This document shows positions 49,140 to 64,000 of a stretch of 64,000 bases of DNA, one piece after another (position 1 is the first letter of the stretch; each line of letters opens with the position of its first letter). The position numbers and the translations under genes are program-made. This DNA comes from the human T2T-CHM13v2.0 reference genome, Homo sapiens. The notes under the pieces were generated by a model that was not told the DNA's origin, made no database searches, and saw only the letters and a list, made by a program, of their open reading frames with translations. The stretch lies in assembly GCF_009914755.1 (NCBI RefSeq), contig NC_060935.1; one strand, written 5' to 3'.

Positions 49140-49375
49140 TAATTAGTTCATTTATTAGGTGCTTACTTTGTGCCTGGAACTCCTTTCCTGGCAGTTTTCA
49201 TTCAGTATTTCATTTAATCCTCACAAAAACCCTGGGAAGTGTATATCATTATTCTCATTTTTAGGTGAGAAAATTCACATCCGAATATGTGGCTAGGGTC
49301 CCCTAGCTAGTTAGTGATGGCATTGAGATTAATCCAGGTTTGTCTGATGCCAAATCCCATGCTCTGAATCCTGGT
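49140..49375 (-). mobile_element. MIR SINE
   Basis: catttaatcctcacaaaaaccctgggaag...cattttttaggtgagaaaatt...tttgtctgatgccaaatccc. Confidence 0.7.
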
Positions 49376-51240
49376 GCTGATGAAGCAAATTGAAACCACC
49401 AGTGGGGGAGAACTTCCTGTGCACCTTTCCAGCAGTCTCTGACTCAGGGCCTCTTCTCAGCACTGTTGAAGAATCCCCATGGTGAAGTATGAGCTGAGCA
49501 GATCTGCGTTAGGCAATGCCCAGCTCCAGGGGGGATAGTACTTAATGGGTGGGAGAGGGGAGCCCGTTTCTCCATTGGAACAGAAGGCCAGTGGCAGCAG
49601 AAGCCCTTTGCAAATGTGTCTGGGCGGTCCATAGTAGTTATTCTGCATATTCTTGCATGGCAAACTATAGAGAGTTTGAGACTGCAGCAGGACGGATTGA
49701 GGTTAGGCTCAAGAAATGCCTCCCTAAACGCTGTGCACTAGGAGGGGAGGGGGTGGGGTAAGGTTGCAGGTCTTCCTCAGAGCTCTGTGACCGACCACAA
49801 AGTGCAGTGTAGATTTGTCTGGGGAGGGTTCCATAGAGCTCTAAGTGTTTACCTTGGCGTCTTCCCTCAATTTGGCTGGTCTTGAAAACTCCTTAAACCA
49901 CAGTGACTCCTGACTTTCTCCCCTATTTCTGGGGTATTCTAGCCTCTAAATCTCTGGATCCCCCATCTATGTCTTGTTTGGCATCGAAGCTGCTACACTC
50001 CAGAGGTGTACACCTCGGCCGGAGCCACACACGTTAGTCCTCACACACATGAAAAAGTAGGTTTTCTCCCCTCTTTCCCTGGGGCACAGGTCTACCCTTT
50101 TTCCTCATCCTGATCATCTCCAGACCTGGGCATCCGGACTGCCAACTGCCTGATTACCTGATGCAAATTAAGACTGCCTGCTTGACTGGGATTGGCTGGG
50201 GAGCTGAGTACGCAAATTGGCTCACCAAGACTTTATCTGGTTTGAAAGAGTTAAAGTGCTGCCCCAGAGAAGGGGGGGTGTGGGGGTCAACATGATTTGA
50301 ATAAATATTCTTCTGTCTTTAAGGCTTCAGTCTTTGGGTGGTTTAATAAGGAGAGGAGCAGAGAGAGAGTGAGTTGGTTCAAAGTTGCCTCTCTTCTTCC
50401 CCCTGCTGACCCCAAGAGGAGACTTAGGGGCCTCCCACATAGGTGGTGGCAGCTGTCTGTTAAGGGTAAATGTTTAATTTATTGAAATGAAGCAGGGCAG
50501 AGAGGCTGGACCAGCAGGACTTGGGGGCTGAGCCAGGGGCCTGGTGTAGGTATTCTCTTTCTGTGGGGCACTGACCCGCTGCCATCCCTTTCTCACTGAG
50601 CCAGTTGAAGGAGTAGGAGAGAAGGTAAGGATCCCCAAAGGACAGGATCTCCAAGGAGGACAACACAGGAGCTAGGACTTGATCCCCAGACTGTGGGCTG
50701 ACCTCTGAGACCAGACAGAGAACCCAGGCAGGACCTGGGAAGAAAGGTGAGAAGGGCAAGCCTTGGTTTAAGGGCACTCTTACCTTCCAGGATGGGGTTA
50801 TTAAGGGAAACAGAGCTGGGGAGGCAGGCGGGGAGGGATAATTCTTTCACTATTTAAAAATAAAATAAATTCCTCAGATCCCAAAGGAAACGAGTGTTGG
50901 AAATGGGAAGTGTCCCCTCCACCCCCTTGTTAAATTTTTACCAACTGAGTCCTGGTGATAGAAGCAAGTGGCCATGAATGATGCAAAAGGTGAGAGACCC
51001 TGCAGTGGCACCGGGGAAAGGGGAAGAGAAAGGCAAGGAGAGGAGGCGAGCATGGGAGGAGGGGATCCGTGCCCTCAAGCTTATGAATATTCTAATGGTT
51101 GTATGTTCGGGAATCAGGAATTTGAAAGTCTGATGGTTGTTGTAATTACACATTCATCTTTGTTATTTAGTTAAAGCCACATATGTCATAGCAAGAAAAA
51201 TTGTGACCTGTTATTAAAATCAGTTGTGTTTTCCCTGCAG

Positions 51241-51309
51241 ATATCAAGATGAGTGGGGATGTAGCCGATTCCACGGATGCTCGCAGCACTCTCAGCCAGG
51301 TGGAGCCAG
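51241..51309 (+). CDS. POU2F3: POU2F3 exon 2 (DIKMSGDVADSTDARSTLSQVEP-); gene continues beyond the window
   Basis: Acceptor gttttccctgcag|AT, donor CAG|GTAAGG; 69 nt, phase 1/1; in frame with both first exons. Confidence 0.96.
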
Positions 51310-54149
51310 GTAAGGGTCTTCTCTTCTCGGGGATGGAGGGGGTGGGGGGAAGAGAGTTGTTGGGAATTGTTGAACAACTGGTGTCTCTTCTTGCTTGGTC
51401 TTTCAGCCAACCAGACCCCAAAGCTAGGTCTTAGGAACTAAGGGAATTCCCTGAGGACATGGGATATGATTCTGGAGCCTTTGAACAGTAGATATTGCTC
51501 CACAGTGGAACAAAACCTCTGGAATTAGGCTAGGAAGAGACCAGATACTTAAAAACAGAACAAAACCAAAAAAGTTCAGGAGCAGCTGTGTTCCCAACTG
51601 CTGTGACTGGCAGAGGCAGAACCTGTCTTTCTTAGATGGGGACAAGGCCTTTTAGCCCCAGATACCTTGATAGTCCTACTCAAGGCACTAACCAAAGAGG
51701 CCTGTGTACAAATGTTTCTCTTCCAAATAACGTGCATGTGGGTGGCAAATAGGCTCAGAGAGAAAGGCTTGGTGCCTGGAGGTGACTTTGCTTTGGAAAG
51801 AAGGGAAAGGATGTCAGTAGTCCCAGCTAGTCAGCAGGCCAAGGTGGGAGGATTCCTTGAGCCTAGGAGTTTGAGGCTGGACCGTCCCAAAAAAAGCTGA
51901 GAGGAACAAAGAAGAATTAAAAAAGAGAGTTTCATAGCTCTCTATTTTTACCTCCATAGTTCAAGCCTTGCTTTGAAAGCTCCATATAATTAAAAAGAAC
52001 TTAAAGATGAGTATAAATTGTAGCACCACCAAATAACTTTAATAGCATTCCAACCAGACCTCAATTAGTCTTTCATCTGGATCATTAGAGACATAGAAAT
52101 TAGAAGTGGAAGAGAATCAATGTCCCCCAGAGCTAAAATCTTTTTCAAATCTTGTAGAGCAGTGTAGTTCCATTCTTGAAGCTATGAGATTCTTGTCAGG
52201 GGCAAGATAATTGGGGGTCTTGGCGGGGAGGGCATCCACAGTATGCATTTGCCATAAACTTTTCTGCTCCCCAGTTTAATACTGAAACAGTGTTTCCTTG
52301 CACAGGTAGCAATACACATCAAACTACAATCTTTCTATTTTGCTTTGCTTATGTACAGAGGCAGCAAGACTAAGGAGAATGTGGGCCGGTCACACTCATG
52401 TTTCAATAGATTATTTAGCAGAGTATCTTTTACTAAGGGTCTGTGGAGAGGGGCACCTGTTCTTCCCAGTTGAGAAGAAGATTCCCTTTTATCTCAAAAA
52501 CCTGAGCAAGACTTTAAACTCAGTTCAGCTAGAGAGTGATAGATATAGTCCCCACACTGACACCCTTCCCTAGAGAAAAACCAGCCCAGGAGCCATGATC
52601 CAGAGAGGCTGGATTGCCCTTTTCTGGAAGCAGGCTGGCTGGAGCCAATTCTGTTTACCTGGGGCCCATTGCCCAGGTGTGTGGGGACACAGCTAAGAGA
52701 GCGTCCACATGGAAAGAAGACCACGCCTAACCAGCTTGCACTGGTGTTCTGTTACTAAGACCAAATCAGGGTAACAGTGTTAGGAGTGAGAATGAGCCAC
52801 ATAGAACCCTGAAAGAGGAGCCAGGAAAGGGAGGGAGTTCAAATCCTGGTGGGGGTTAGGAAGGTTAGTGTGTTATGGTCAATATGAGCAAATTCTGGCT
52901 TCCTATCTGGGAGCTATATATAAAGTAGGTTAAGAGAGAAAGAATCCAGACATTGGCTAAGACCTTCAGAATCTGTCTCTTATCCGGGGATACCACCAAT
53001 TCAATATGTGACCTTAGACCAGCCACTTTGCCTCCCTAGGAGGTAGGAACGGATGAGCTTTGAAGAGTATGGATCTAGAATCAAACAGACCTGGGATAAA
53101 ATTTGCAGCTCCACTGCTTACTGGCTGCATGACCTGAAAATTTATCCTTGTCCCTTTTGTAAAGGGGGAAAAGTAATGCCCAACTTAGAGAGTGGGTTGA
53201 GAGTTACTTGAGATGATGTCTCAAGCCCTTAGCACAGTGCTTGGCACATGGCAGCTGTGATCGTCATTAAGATTCTGGAATATACAGATGGGCATCGCTG
53301 CTGAGTACTTCTGGCTCATTCCCCGCTTTACTCAGGCCAGTGCATCAGCCCGGAAGGTTGGTTTTGCTCCCTTTCCCATTTAGGAAAGGATTCTGCACAG
53401 GTCCCTTTTCAGCTCCAAGGAGCCCGTGATGTCTGGAACTTTACCACCACCAGGAGATCTTTCACTTCAGGGCTCCCGGCTGGTAGCATCAATACTTAGG
53501 TGATCTTCAAATTACTGCCTGTGTTTAAGGGCAAGAAGAAAGAGGTGGCTAATTAAAGTAACCAAACTTCCTGGAAAGTCGTTCTGACTCATTTTCTTTT
53601 TACAGAAGAAAGCTTATTATGAGTCACAATGGTTACCAACTTGGTTTAATGGCTTCCTTTGGATTTTAAAAGGCAGATTCACCTTCTCAGCAGTGCATGA
53701 ATTAAGGGGTGGTTTGTCTCTGGGTTTTAAAGGAACTATAAACAAAGGTGACTTAGAAAGCCCCAGCTCCCTGAAAGCACCCCCTGTGCTGCGTGAAATC
53801 CCCAAGGGGTACTGGGGGGTAAGAACTGGGAAAGGGAGGTAAATTTCCCCATCTGCACTGGTCAGGAATGCCCAGGGGAGCATTCTCAGGGCCAGACACA
53901 GACCTCCTGGCTGGTGGAGACGTGGCCGGGGGCACATGTTTTCCTTTCTTTGGCCTGTGAGGAAGCCGAGGCATAGATGAAGAATAAGCTGCCCACGAGC
54001 TCAGAATGTCTTTGCAGCAGCACAAGGGACCAGCCAAAGCTCAGAGCCCCTGTTCAGTACTCTTTCCTCTTTCTAGATTTCTGAACTATCAGCTTTTCTG
54101 TCCTTCCTACCTAATGCTTCCTCATCTGTTGTTACTTTTCCTCCACTTC

Positions 54150-54299
54150 TTTTTTTGAGACAGGTTCTCCCTCTGTCGCCCAGGCTGGAGTGCAGTGGTG
54201 CAGTCATGGCCACTGCAGCCTCGAACTCCTGGCTCAAGGGATTCTCCTGCCTCTGCCTCCCAGGTAGCTGGGACTACAGGCATGAGCCACCGCACCGGG
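54150..54299 (-). mobile_element. Old monomeric Alu (FRAM/AluJ-like)
   Basis: ttttgagacagg...ggctggagtgcagtgg...ctgggactacaggcatgagccaccgc; single monomer. Confidence 0.85.
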
Positions 54300-55402
54300 A
54301 CTTTTCTCCACTCTTGAGGCTGAGAACAATTTTTTTCTGTTCTCAATTATGTGGTTGATGAGAATATAGCCTTACCCATATTTCAAAAGCCCCCAGGTCT
54401 GTAACTGACAACCCCCAAGTGCAGATGTGGCTAACCCTGTGACTTTTGACCATGCTGGCCACATCATTGCCTCAATCACAAGGGAGGAAAGAACAGAGGG
54501 TCAGGAGGAAGGAGGGAGAGATCGTAACATTCACAGAGCCTCCTCCCACAGCAGGCACATGTAGGCAACTTTATTTACAGCATCTCATTTAATTCTTACA
54601 ATAAGGCTATGAGATAGAGACACGATTAACCCCATCTTCATTGATGAGGAAACCATAGCTCAGAGTGAGAAACTAACTTGCCCAATATCACACAGCTTAT
54701 AGCCAGAAATCAAACTTGGCCTTGTCTGACTCTATCAGACTCTTATCCTAGGTCTGCCATTAACTCCCTGCATATTATCTTGGCAAGCGTTTCCCCACAT
54801 GGACCTTCATTTTCCTCCCCATAGAGGCGGGGTTTGGAGTAGATCCTCTTTAAAGGCTGAATTTTAAAGGATGTGTGCCCAGTTCTGCTTTTCACAATTC
54901 TTTCCATCTGTTTCCAGATCTTGCATTTTTGTGCAGCTTTCCTCAGCTCTGAGCTCTCTCTCTCCATCCTTTTTCCTGGTTTTCTCCCCATTCCTTTCTT
55001 TCCAGCTTCCCTTTCAGTCTTTTCTCCTCTGACACCCACAGCTGTCTTCTCTGTTTGGGCTCCGATCCTCTTTGACTTAGCTTGTAGTTGTATAACCAAC
55101 ATCTTTGGAGGATGGCTTGGTGGCAGATCCTGGGCTCAGATGAAGAGCATCCCTGTCCTCAAGGAGTTGTCCTTCTAGTGCAGGAATTCATGGCTGCCTG
55201 GATAACAGTGACAACATGTGTCTGTAAGGGTGTTCTCAAATACTTCATGCATTTGGCCTTTACAACAACTCTATGAGAGCAGGTATTATTAGCCTACTTC
55301 ACAGATGGAGAAATGGAGGCTGGTGATGAGAAAGAACCTTAGCTACTTTTCCCAAGCTCCCATACCTAGAGAATGACAGAACTAAGCCTGAGTCTTTCTA
55401 GT

Positions 55403-56065
<663 letters not shown>

Positions 56066-56090
56066 GACAACCATCTCTAGATGAAGCACA

Positions 56091-56133
56091 TGTGTGAGCC
56101 TGTGCGTGCGCACACACACACACGCACACACAC
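56091..56133. repeat. (TG)/(CA)n microsatellite
   Basis: tgtgcgtgcgcacacacacacacgcacacacac. Confidence 0.85.
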
Positions 56134-56520
56134 TCTCCCTCCCTTTTTATGATTAAATGACAGAGCAAGTCTGAACTGTATTTGTATGATGGAGTACAAT
56201 TTTCACAGTCCATCATTAAGTCCTGCATGCACTTGTGCCCAGGACTTGAATTTCTTCATCGTAATAGAAGGAGAAGGGTAGTGCAGGAATAAAATGAAGC
56301 AGTGGGCTAGGTAGCCTCTAGGATCTGCACCTCAGTCTGTACTGGCTCCATCCCTCACCTCTCTGGAAGAGAGGAATGAAACTGTAGTCCCCCCCAGACA
56401 TGGAGGGGGTCCTGATATTCCTGCTATGAATTCCTGAGAGGACATCTTGTCCATGCCTCTCTCTTCTTTTGGAGACATTTCAAACCCATCCCTGGAAAAT
56501 GAGAGAAGCTGCTTTCTTAG

Positions 56521-56885
<365 letters not shown>

Positions 56886-56972
56886 TTGGCTGCCTATTCC
56901 TACAGGATGCCATCCTCAGTGCCTGGAAGTCCTTTCTTATCTCTCACCTAAGACCCTCATGCTGCTGCATAA

Positions 56973-57299
<327 letters not shown>

Positions 57300-57854
57300 T
57301 TGTTCTGCCCTTCTCAGAGTGGCTCCCACCCCACCTTGTTTCTGCTTTCTGTGACAGGGAAATTAGTAAGTACTGATTCGCCACTCAGCCTGCAGACTGT
57401 GGCTCCATGTGCCAGAGATCGCAGAACAGCCTGTGGTGCCAGGATTTGCTTCTCTGCCTCCAGCACTCAGAGAACCTTATCAAATAAAGCAGCCACAGCA
57501 GCAGCTCACATCCGTACCATGACTTACAACTACAGATACTTTCTCATCCATAGATTCCCACGCCAACACCCAGGACTAGGGTAAGCAGAGGTGGCAGGAT
57601 TGTATGGTTCAGATGAGCCGTGAGGAGTTGGCTAGCCCTGCCCGACACCATTCCCTCTTCCTCTTGGAGATCTCCTTAAGGAAATGGTCACCCCTCGACC
57701 CCAGTTGCCACCTTTGCAGCCCCCAGTAGAACTTGGACTCCTTTTCTGTTCAACGTAAGAGGGGAAAAAGGAGGGGGAGCCTGGTGTGGGAGGCATCCAT
57801 AAGCCATCTTTTACCACCCAGAGTTCCCTTAGTTTATGAGTGGTCATTCTTTAG

Positions 57855-58543
<689 letters not shown>

Positions 58544-60189
58544 TGTGGTGCACTACCTTAGTGGAGTTTGCGTTGTGTATTAGAAAGTCTCTTTCCTGTG
58601 GCCTCCGTGAGCAATGGCTCCACCTGACCCTGGGTACATCTTCGTATGACCTCCTTACCATTCCTCTCACTCCCTCCCTGGAGATGTTGGGGGATGATGA
58701 TGGGAGACACAGCAGGAGAGGGAGGTCCCAGTCTGTCCTTTGCTGACCGGGGTGGCATGACACCCACCTACCCTGCAGACTGGAAGACTGAGCAGCATCC
58801 AGAGACTCAGGCCACTGCAGCTTTCTGAGCCTCAGCCCTTCACTAAGGCACCCAAAATTGCAGACTCCCCCAGCCCCAAGCTGGGAGTAAATCCTTTATG
58901 TACCTTGGGTTCACCTTCCTCCCTCAGAAACGATTAGGGCGATGAACACCTGAATGTGGAAAAGTGCTGAAAAAGTGGAGGAAGAATTTAGAAAGAAATG
59001 AGCGTTCAAATTAGACAAGTCTTAGGGCCTTGAAGGGCAGCCAGAACCCAGGCAACTGACATGCAGCTACAGTCTGTCCCAACCCAGCCCCCAAGCACCC
59101 GCATAGACAAGCAGACATACACTTCAGACCCCAGAGTTGGGGGTGCACCTAGAGGCAGTCTCTTTTCTGGTCGAGGTTGCTCTTTCAAGGCAGAATTGGG
59201 TGCTTGAGGAAGTTTGTGAAACTACAGGAGGGGCAGAGGAGATGACAAGTTGGAGTTTGGGGCCAGCATTTGTTATGGGTCTGTGGAGACCACTTCCCCC
59301 CGGAAGGGCTTGCCCAGGATGACCCACTCCTAGGACTGTCTAGGAGGTGAAGAAGTGGAAAGGGGGAAAAGCAGGAGCCCTTCCTCTCATCCCCATTCCT
59401 CATAGGCTTTGGTTTGGAGGAAGAGGGCCAGAGTCAAGCTGAGAGTACTTAAAAGGAAAGCGGCATGAGGTCACCCCAACAGGGGCTTCTGGGGTTCTCC
59501 CACATTGGAGCCTGGGGGTCTGGCAGGACAGGGCAGGATGTGTGACCAGAGCCCTCATAAGTGGCTGGGTTTCATTCCTATGGGCTTCAGACACCAAGAG
59601 TTCAAAGTGCCCACCTGGGCTCTCCCTGGACTGGTGAGCTTGCTGGTGGGCGCTCCTGGGGTAACAGCAGATCCCTGGGAGACTCAGGGAGGGCAGGCCT
59701 TTGTGCCAAGCCAGGAGCATGGGAAACAGCTGCAGGCATCTCCCAAAAGCATCAGTGCTGTTGTTGACTCAAAAAATAATAGGTGTTCATTTGCATGGCA
59801 TTTTACATACAGCTTCCACACACTGCCTTTCATCTCCTACCACTGGCACCACCAAAGCCCCCCATGTGTCTCCTTTCCTGCCTGCCACCTCTGGGGGCCT
59901 CGTGGTCTCCCCCAGACTCCCAGTCTTCCCCACCACAGCCTAGCCCACCCTTGGCTTAGCCCAGCCAGAAAAACCAGCGGTTGGCCTTGCCTGGGTGTGC
60001 CCAGTCCAGGTTTGTACGAGAGGTGTGGGCAGGTAGGCTGGCGTATCTGGACCCCACTGGGCACCTCAGCTGGGGACACTCCACCTGCCCCAGTAGGGGG
60101 CTTGCCTTCCCTTCAGCTGCTTGGGCTGGAAAAAGGAACGAAAAATCGAAGCCGGGGAGCCCAGAGAGGTGCGGAAAGGAGAGGAAACT

Positions 60190-60330
60190 GGGTGGTTGCT
60201 ATGACGATGGGGTCTCGGCGCCCAATTTGCATAGGGCGATGATTTCCATACTGCAGGGTGAATTTCCATATCCCTGCCTCAAAGCCTGTTGGGGTGGGGA
60301 GGGGGAGAGGTCATTTGAAATTCAAATGAG
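60190..60330. promoter_or_regulatory. POU2F3: Candidate POU2F3 intron-2 enhancer (POU-site cluster)
   Basis: RFX-like GTTGCTATGACGAT 60195, ATTTGCAT 60225, ATTTCCAT 60242 and 60262, palindrome TCATTTGAA-A-TTCAAATGA 60311-60329. Confidence 0.55.
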
Positions 60331-61659
60331 GATGATTAAGGTTTTCTTGAGGAGGGAAGCGTGGACAAAAGGGGTTAAGCCTGCTGGCAAATGTCGGCTC
60401 CAGGGCTCCAGGTTATCAAAGGGAGGTGTGTACTTGACTGGCTCCCTTCCCACCCCATCTCCACGGGACCCTGGAGAGCTGGGGGTGGTTGGAGGAGTCG
60501 GCGCTGGGCTGGGTGTTATAACTTCTGCCTCACAGGAGAGCCGGCTGGGTCTCCGTCCCTTCCTGCACCTGGGCTCCATTTAGCCCCTCAGTGTCCTGAG
60601 GACATCTGAGTTCGTGGGAAGGACCACTGCGTGAATTCTGGGGCTGGGTTCATGCCTTCCTCCCTCTGGTGACCTTGGACTGATCATCTCAGGTTGTCCC
60701 TCAGCGAGACTGGGGAATAATCCCTGCACTTTCTTGTTTGGCGGAGGAGGTGTGAGGACAGATGGATTCTGGACTCATCTTTATCACAAACCTGCGAACT
60801 CACCTGAGTTACCGTCCCTCTTTCGGCTGGAGTTTGTGCATAAGACGAAGGGTCTGAATCTGAGGGTCTCTAAAACAACTTCCAGCTCTGAGATGCTGGG
60901 GTCTGTGAACACACTCCAATCCTTTTCACACATCAGTTAGTATTTGTAAGGCTGTTTGAGCAGTGTGAATTGCTGCACCCCTAAGTGTCTCTGATGTGTT
61001 GAGAAGGGCTCCTCTGTTCTGACTTTGGGGTAGTTACTTAAAGGCTATCTGCTCAGTTTCTTCCTTTATAAAACAGGATTAATGATAGTCCCTACCTCAT
61101 AGTGCTGCTGTGAGGATTACACAAGTCAACATTTGTAAAGCACTTAGAAGAGCGCCTGCCAGATGATAATGCTATTTGCTATTATTAGTATCAGCAGGAC
61201 AAAGTGTCCAAGTGGTGGGTGCTGTGACCACCAGCCACTCCAGGGAGCCTCAGTGAGAAATATGGCCTGTTTTCCAGGAAGACTTGCCTATACATTCACT
61301 CGTGGTCAGCACACTGTCGTGTCCACACATGTCCAGGACTCTCGAGTTGGAAGCATACTTCAGTGACTGTCACCCCACAAGAAGCCCACTCTGCCACCCA
61401 GGGAGATGCATCTGTCACATTAACCCACTGTGGGCTCCTCATGTTGATCCTAACTCAAGTTTGTCTTTGCTTCTTAGGAAGTAGGAACATGGCAGGAAGA
61501 AGGGGAGGGAGCTGGTGGAAGCACCCCCTCCTCCCAGGACCCAGTGCTAAGAGATGGTGCAGATTCACGGAGACTAGATGTTGTAGTTCCAGAAGATCTA
61601 AAAGTCTTTTTTTCCCATAGAGTTTCTGCAGCAACTTCATATGAGGTTTCATTTGGAGA

Positions 61660-61910
61660 TAACATGGTGTAGTATGGACAGCCTTTGCTGGTAGACAGAT
61701 GTGGGTTTCAGTCTCTACTCAGTGATTTATTAATCAGTAACCTTAGGCGAGGTAATTAACCATTCTGAGCCTCAAGTTTCCTCATCTGTAAAATGGGGAT
61801 AATAAGAACACCCACTCATAGGGTAGTTGTGAGGATTAAATACTGTCCTGTGTATAAAATGTTTACTACAAAGCTTGGTGCGTAGTAAATGCTCAATAAA
61901 TGTCAGCTAC
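61660..61910 (+). mobile_element. MIR SINE (near full length)
   Basis: ctgagcctcaagtttcctcatctgtaaaatggggataataag...gttgtgaggattaaat...gctcaataaatgtcagc. Confidence 0.8.
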
Positions 61911-64000
61911 TAATTAATCCTTATTATTTGAAAACAGTGTTCTGCTGCCAAAGTGTTGGAAAATTCTCTGATCTTGCCCTATTTTCCTATTTTATAGGGG
62001 AGGAGACTGGGGTCAGAGAAGGGGGATGATTTTCCCAAGGTCACAGCGGGAGTTCAAGACCCACGTTTCCTTAGGACCCTTTCCCTGCCCCAGAAACAGG
62101 TCCTCTGTCCTTTGCTTTGGTTTTGTTCCTTTCTGCTATTTTGTTCTTTCCTTGGACAGAGCTTCCCCTCCGCCTACCACCCTTCCCTCAGAAGTGGCCC
62201 GGCACCACGTGACCTGCTCCTGCCACATCTCGGGGTCACCATACCCTTCAATTCTCACTTTCAGGGGCTCTCTGTGACCCTGGCCTGGGGTCCCGCGGCT
62301 CTAGCTTCTCACTGGCTCCTCCACAAGGGTTTTTGCTCTGTTCTCAGGGCCTCTGAGTGCACCTTTCCCCTGCACTCCAGCCCTGGGGACACCACTCCAG
62401 AGAGGAGGGGAGAGTGTGACCCTGGCAGCGTCACACCACGTCATGGAAAGGACATGGCATCTCCACTCTCTGACAAGCCCTGACCCCTCTGAGCCTCACT
62501 TTGCTCAGTGGTAACACAGGATTTCTGTAATTCCGGCCCTGCAGACCTCACAGGCAGGGTGAGGATCAAACAAGAAATGGACATGGAAGTGTGCTGCAAA
62601 ACGAAGGAACAACTGCATTTGAGCCAGGCATTTTGGTGCAAATGAACCATGCATTTTGGTGGCCAGCACATGGACCTTGGAGCCAGAACTTGGAGCTCTG
62701 AGTTCTTTCTCTCCAGCTCTGGAGCAAATGACCTTGGGCAAGTTACATAAGCTCTTCCAGCCTCAGTTTCCTTATGCGTAAGATGTATTGTGAGGAATGA
62801 ATGAAATGAGTCTATCTGTAGCAGTTTTCAAGTGTGAGTTGCTTTACAAATGTGAGATAGCATCTCTAGGTGTAAGCTTTCTCACTCCACACGCGCCCCT
62901 CTGAGCTGCACTAAGCACATCTTTGTGACCACGTGAGAGCCAGCGCCCAGCTGAATCTTGCACCTCTGGTAGCTCCCCCTGCTCTTTCGCTCTCTACCCC
63001 TTCTCACCCCCACTTTCCTCACCCTGGGGGAGAGGACTAGGAAAGAGCCCCTTGGACTCTTACTAACCTTAAACCTCTCTGAGCCCCTTCCTCTGGCAAG
63101 GCTGGGGTAAGGCTGGAGCGGTGCTGGTCTGGAATCAGTGTTTAAAGAACTCCATGGGCTGTCATGAACATAGTCAAGTCTGGGCATTGGAGCTCAGAGA
63201 TTTTGTCCCTGAGTTGCCATTTGCTGGTCGCATGACTTTTAGCACATGGCTTGTCCTTTCTGGGACTCAGTTTCCTTACCTGTAAATGGTGGGTCCAGAG
63301 CAAGGAGTCTCTGGTTCCTCTCTAGCACAAAAAAGCTCTGATAGAAAAATAGCGTCTGGGTGGGGCGTTTCTCTGAGATGTGTTTTTGGGTGCAACTAGA
63401 ACAGAGCTCTTATTTAACTTCCTTTGAAGTTGGACTTTTACTATTTTTCCAAGGCTGGGGGATTATGAGTCAAGGTTTTGATTGGGAACTTGGATCTTTT
63501 GGCCCCGTTCCTTGCAGCAGTGGCCTGAGTGCCTGGACACTTTTTTCTGAAACCTGGTGCCGTCTGCTCAGGGTGCTCCTTCTGCTTAGCCCTGACCATG
63601 CTGCCACTTTTGCCCCTGGCTCTATGACTGCAGCATCAGTGTGTGGCCAACAGGGGATGGGGTTGAGGCAGGGATCTCCTGTTGCATGGGAAGCCCAGAG
63701 GGCCCCATCTCAGACTGAGAAGAAATGTGGGTTGTATTTCCTAACGAACAAAGAGACCTTGCTGAGGAACCTTCCCTTTCTCAAAAAATGACATGAAAAA
63801 TTGCAGTGGGAAGCTGAGGGGATGCTGGGCTCCTCTGTAGCAAAGGTGGGTGCAGCAGAGCTCCTCTGTCCCCTGTGGCATGGCCCTAGCCTCCTGGTAT
63901 CTGTGGGACCGGCCTGGAGAGCAGGCTTCAGGGTTTGATTTCATGACTGTGCATTTGAAGGAAAGTCATCAGAATGCCCTATAGTCCACGTCACAAGGAA

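Noticed and set aside
59505-60583. 245-aa and 200-aa plus-strand ORFs in POU2F3 intron 2
   Set aside because: Non-ATG starts, no POU2F3 similarity (expected exon 3 GNDRNGLDF... is not in the window), composition looks non-coding

Overview
Primate (almost certainly human) genomic DNA; from recall of the proteins this is the OAF-POU2F3 locus on 11q23.3. The window holds ~15.5 kb of repeat-rich upstream DNA, then the complete 4-exon OAF gene on + (CpG-island promoter; CDS 16118-16348, 30461-30595, 31616-31796, 33669-33943 = 273 aa secreted BRICHOS-like protein; AATAAA at 34717). A short intergenic gap carries an MLT2 LTR and a CTCF-like site. The 5' part of POU2F3 (Skn-1a/Oct-11, tuft-cell master regulator) follows on +: distal first exon (ATG 41466), CpG-island first exon (ATG 45136), exon 2 (51241-51309) and the start of intron 2. 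The most striking unexplained structure is that the POU2F3 half is loaded with POU2F3's own octamer site (at least 9 perfect ATGCAAAT/ATTTGCAT in 41.2-60.3 kb versus 2 seen in the first 40 kb, counted by eye). These include two arrays with 11-bp spacing, a PORE-like palindrome in intron 2, and an octamer-octamer-TATA-ATG-splice-donor module at 42445-42540 that looks like an extra auto-regulated promoter/first exon in frame with exon 2. Also seen: two local ~96%-identical templated duplications, a tail-less TSD-flanked Alu, a spacer-less inverted Alu pair, and phase compatibility for an OAF-POU2F3 read-through fusion. Repeat family calls are from recognition, not RepeatMasker, so their boundaries are approximate.
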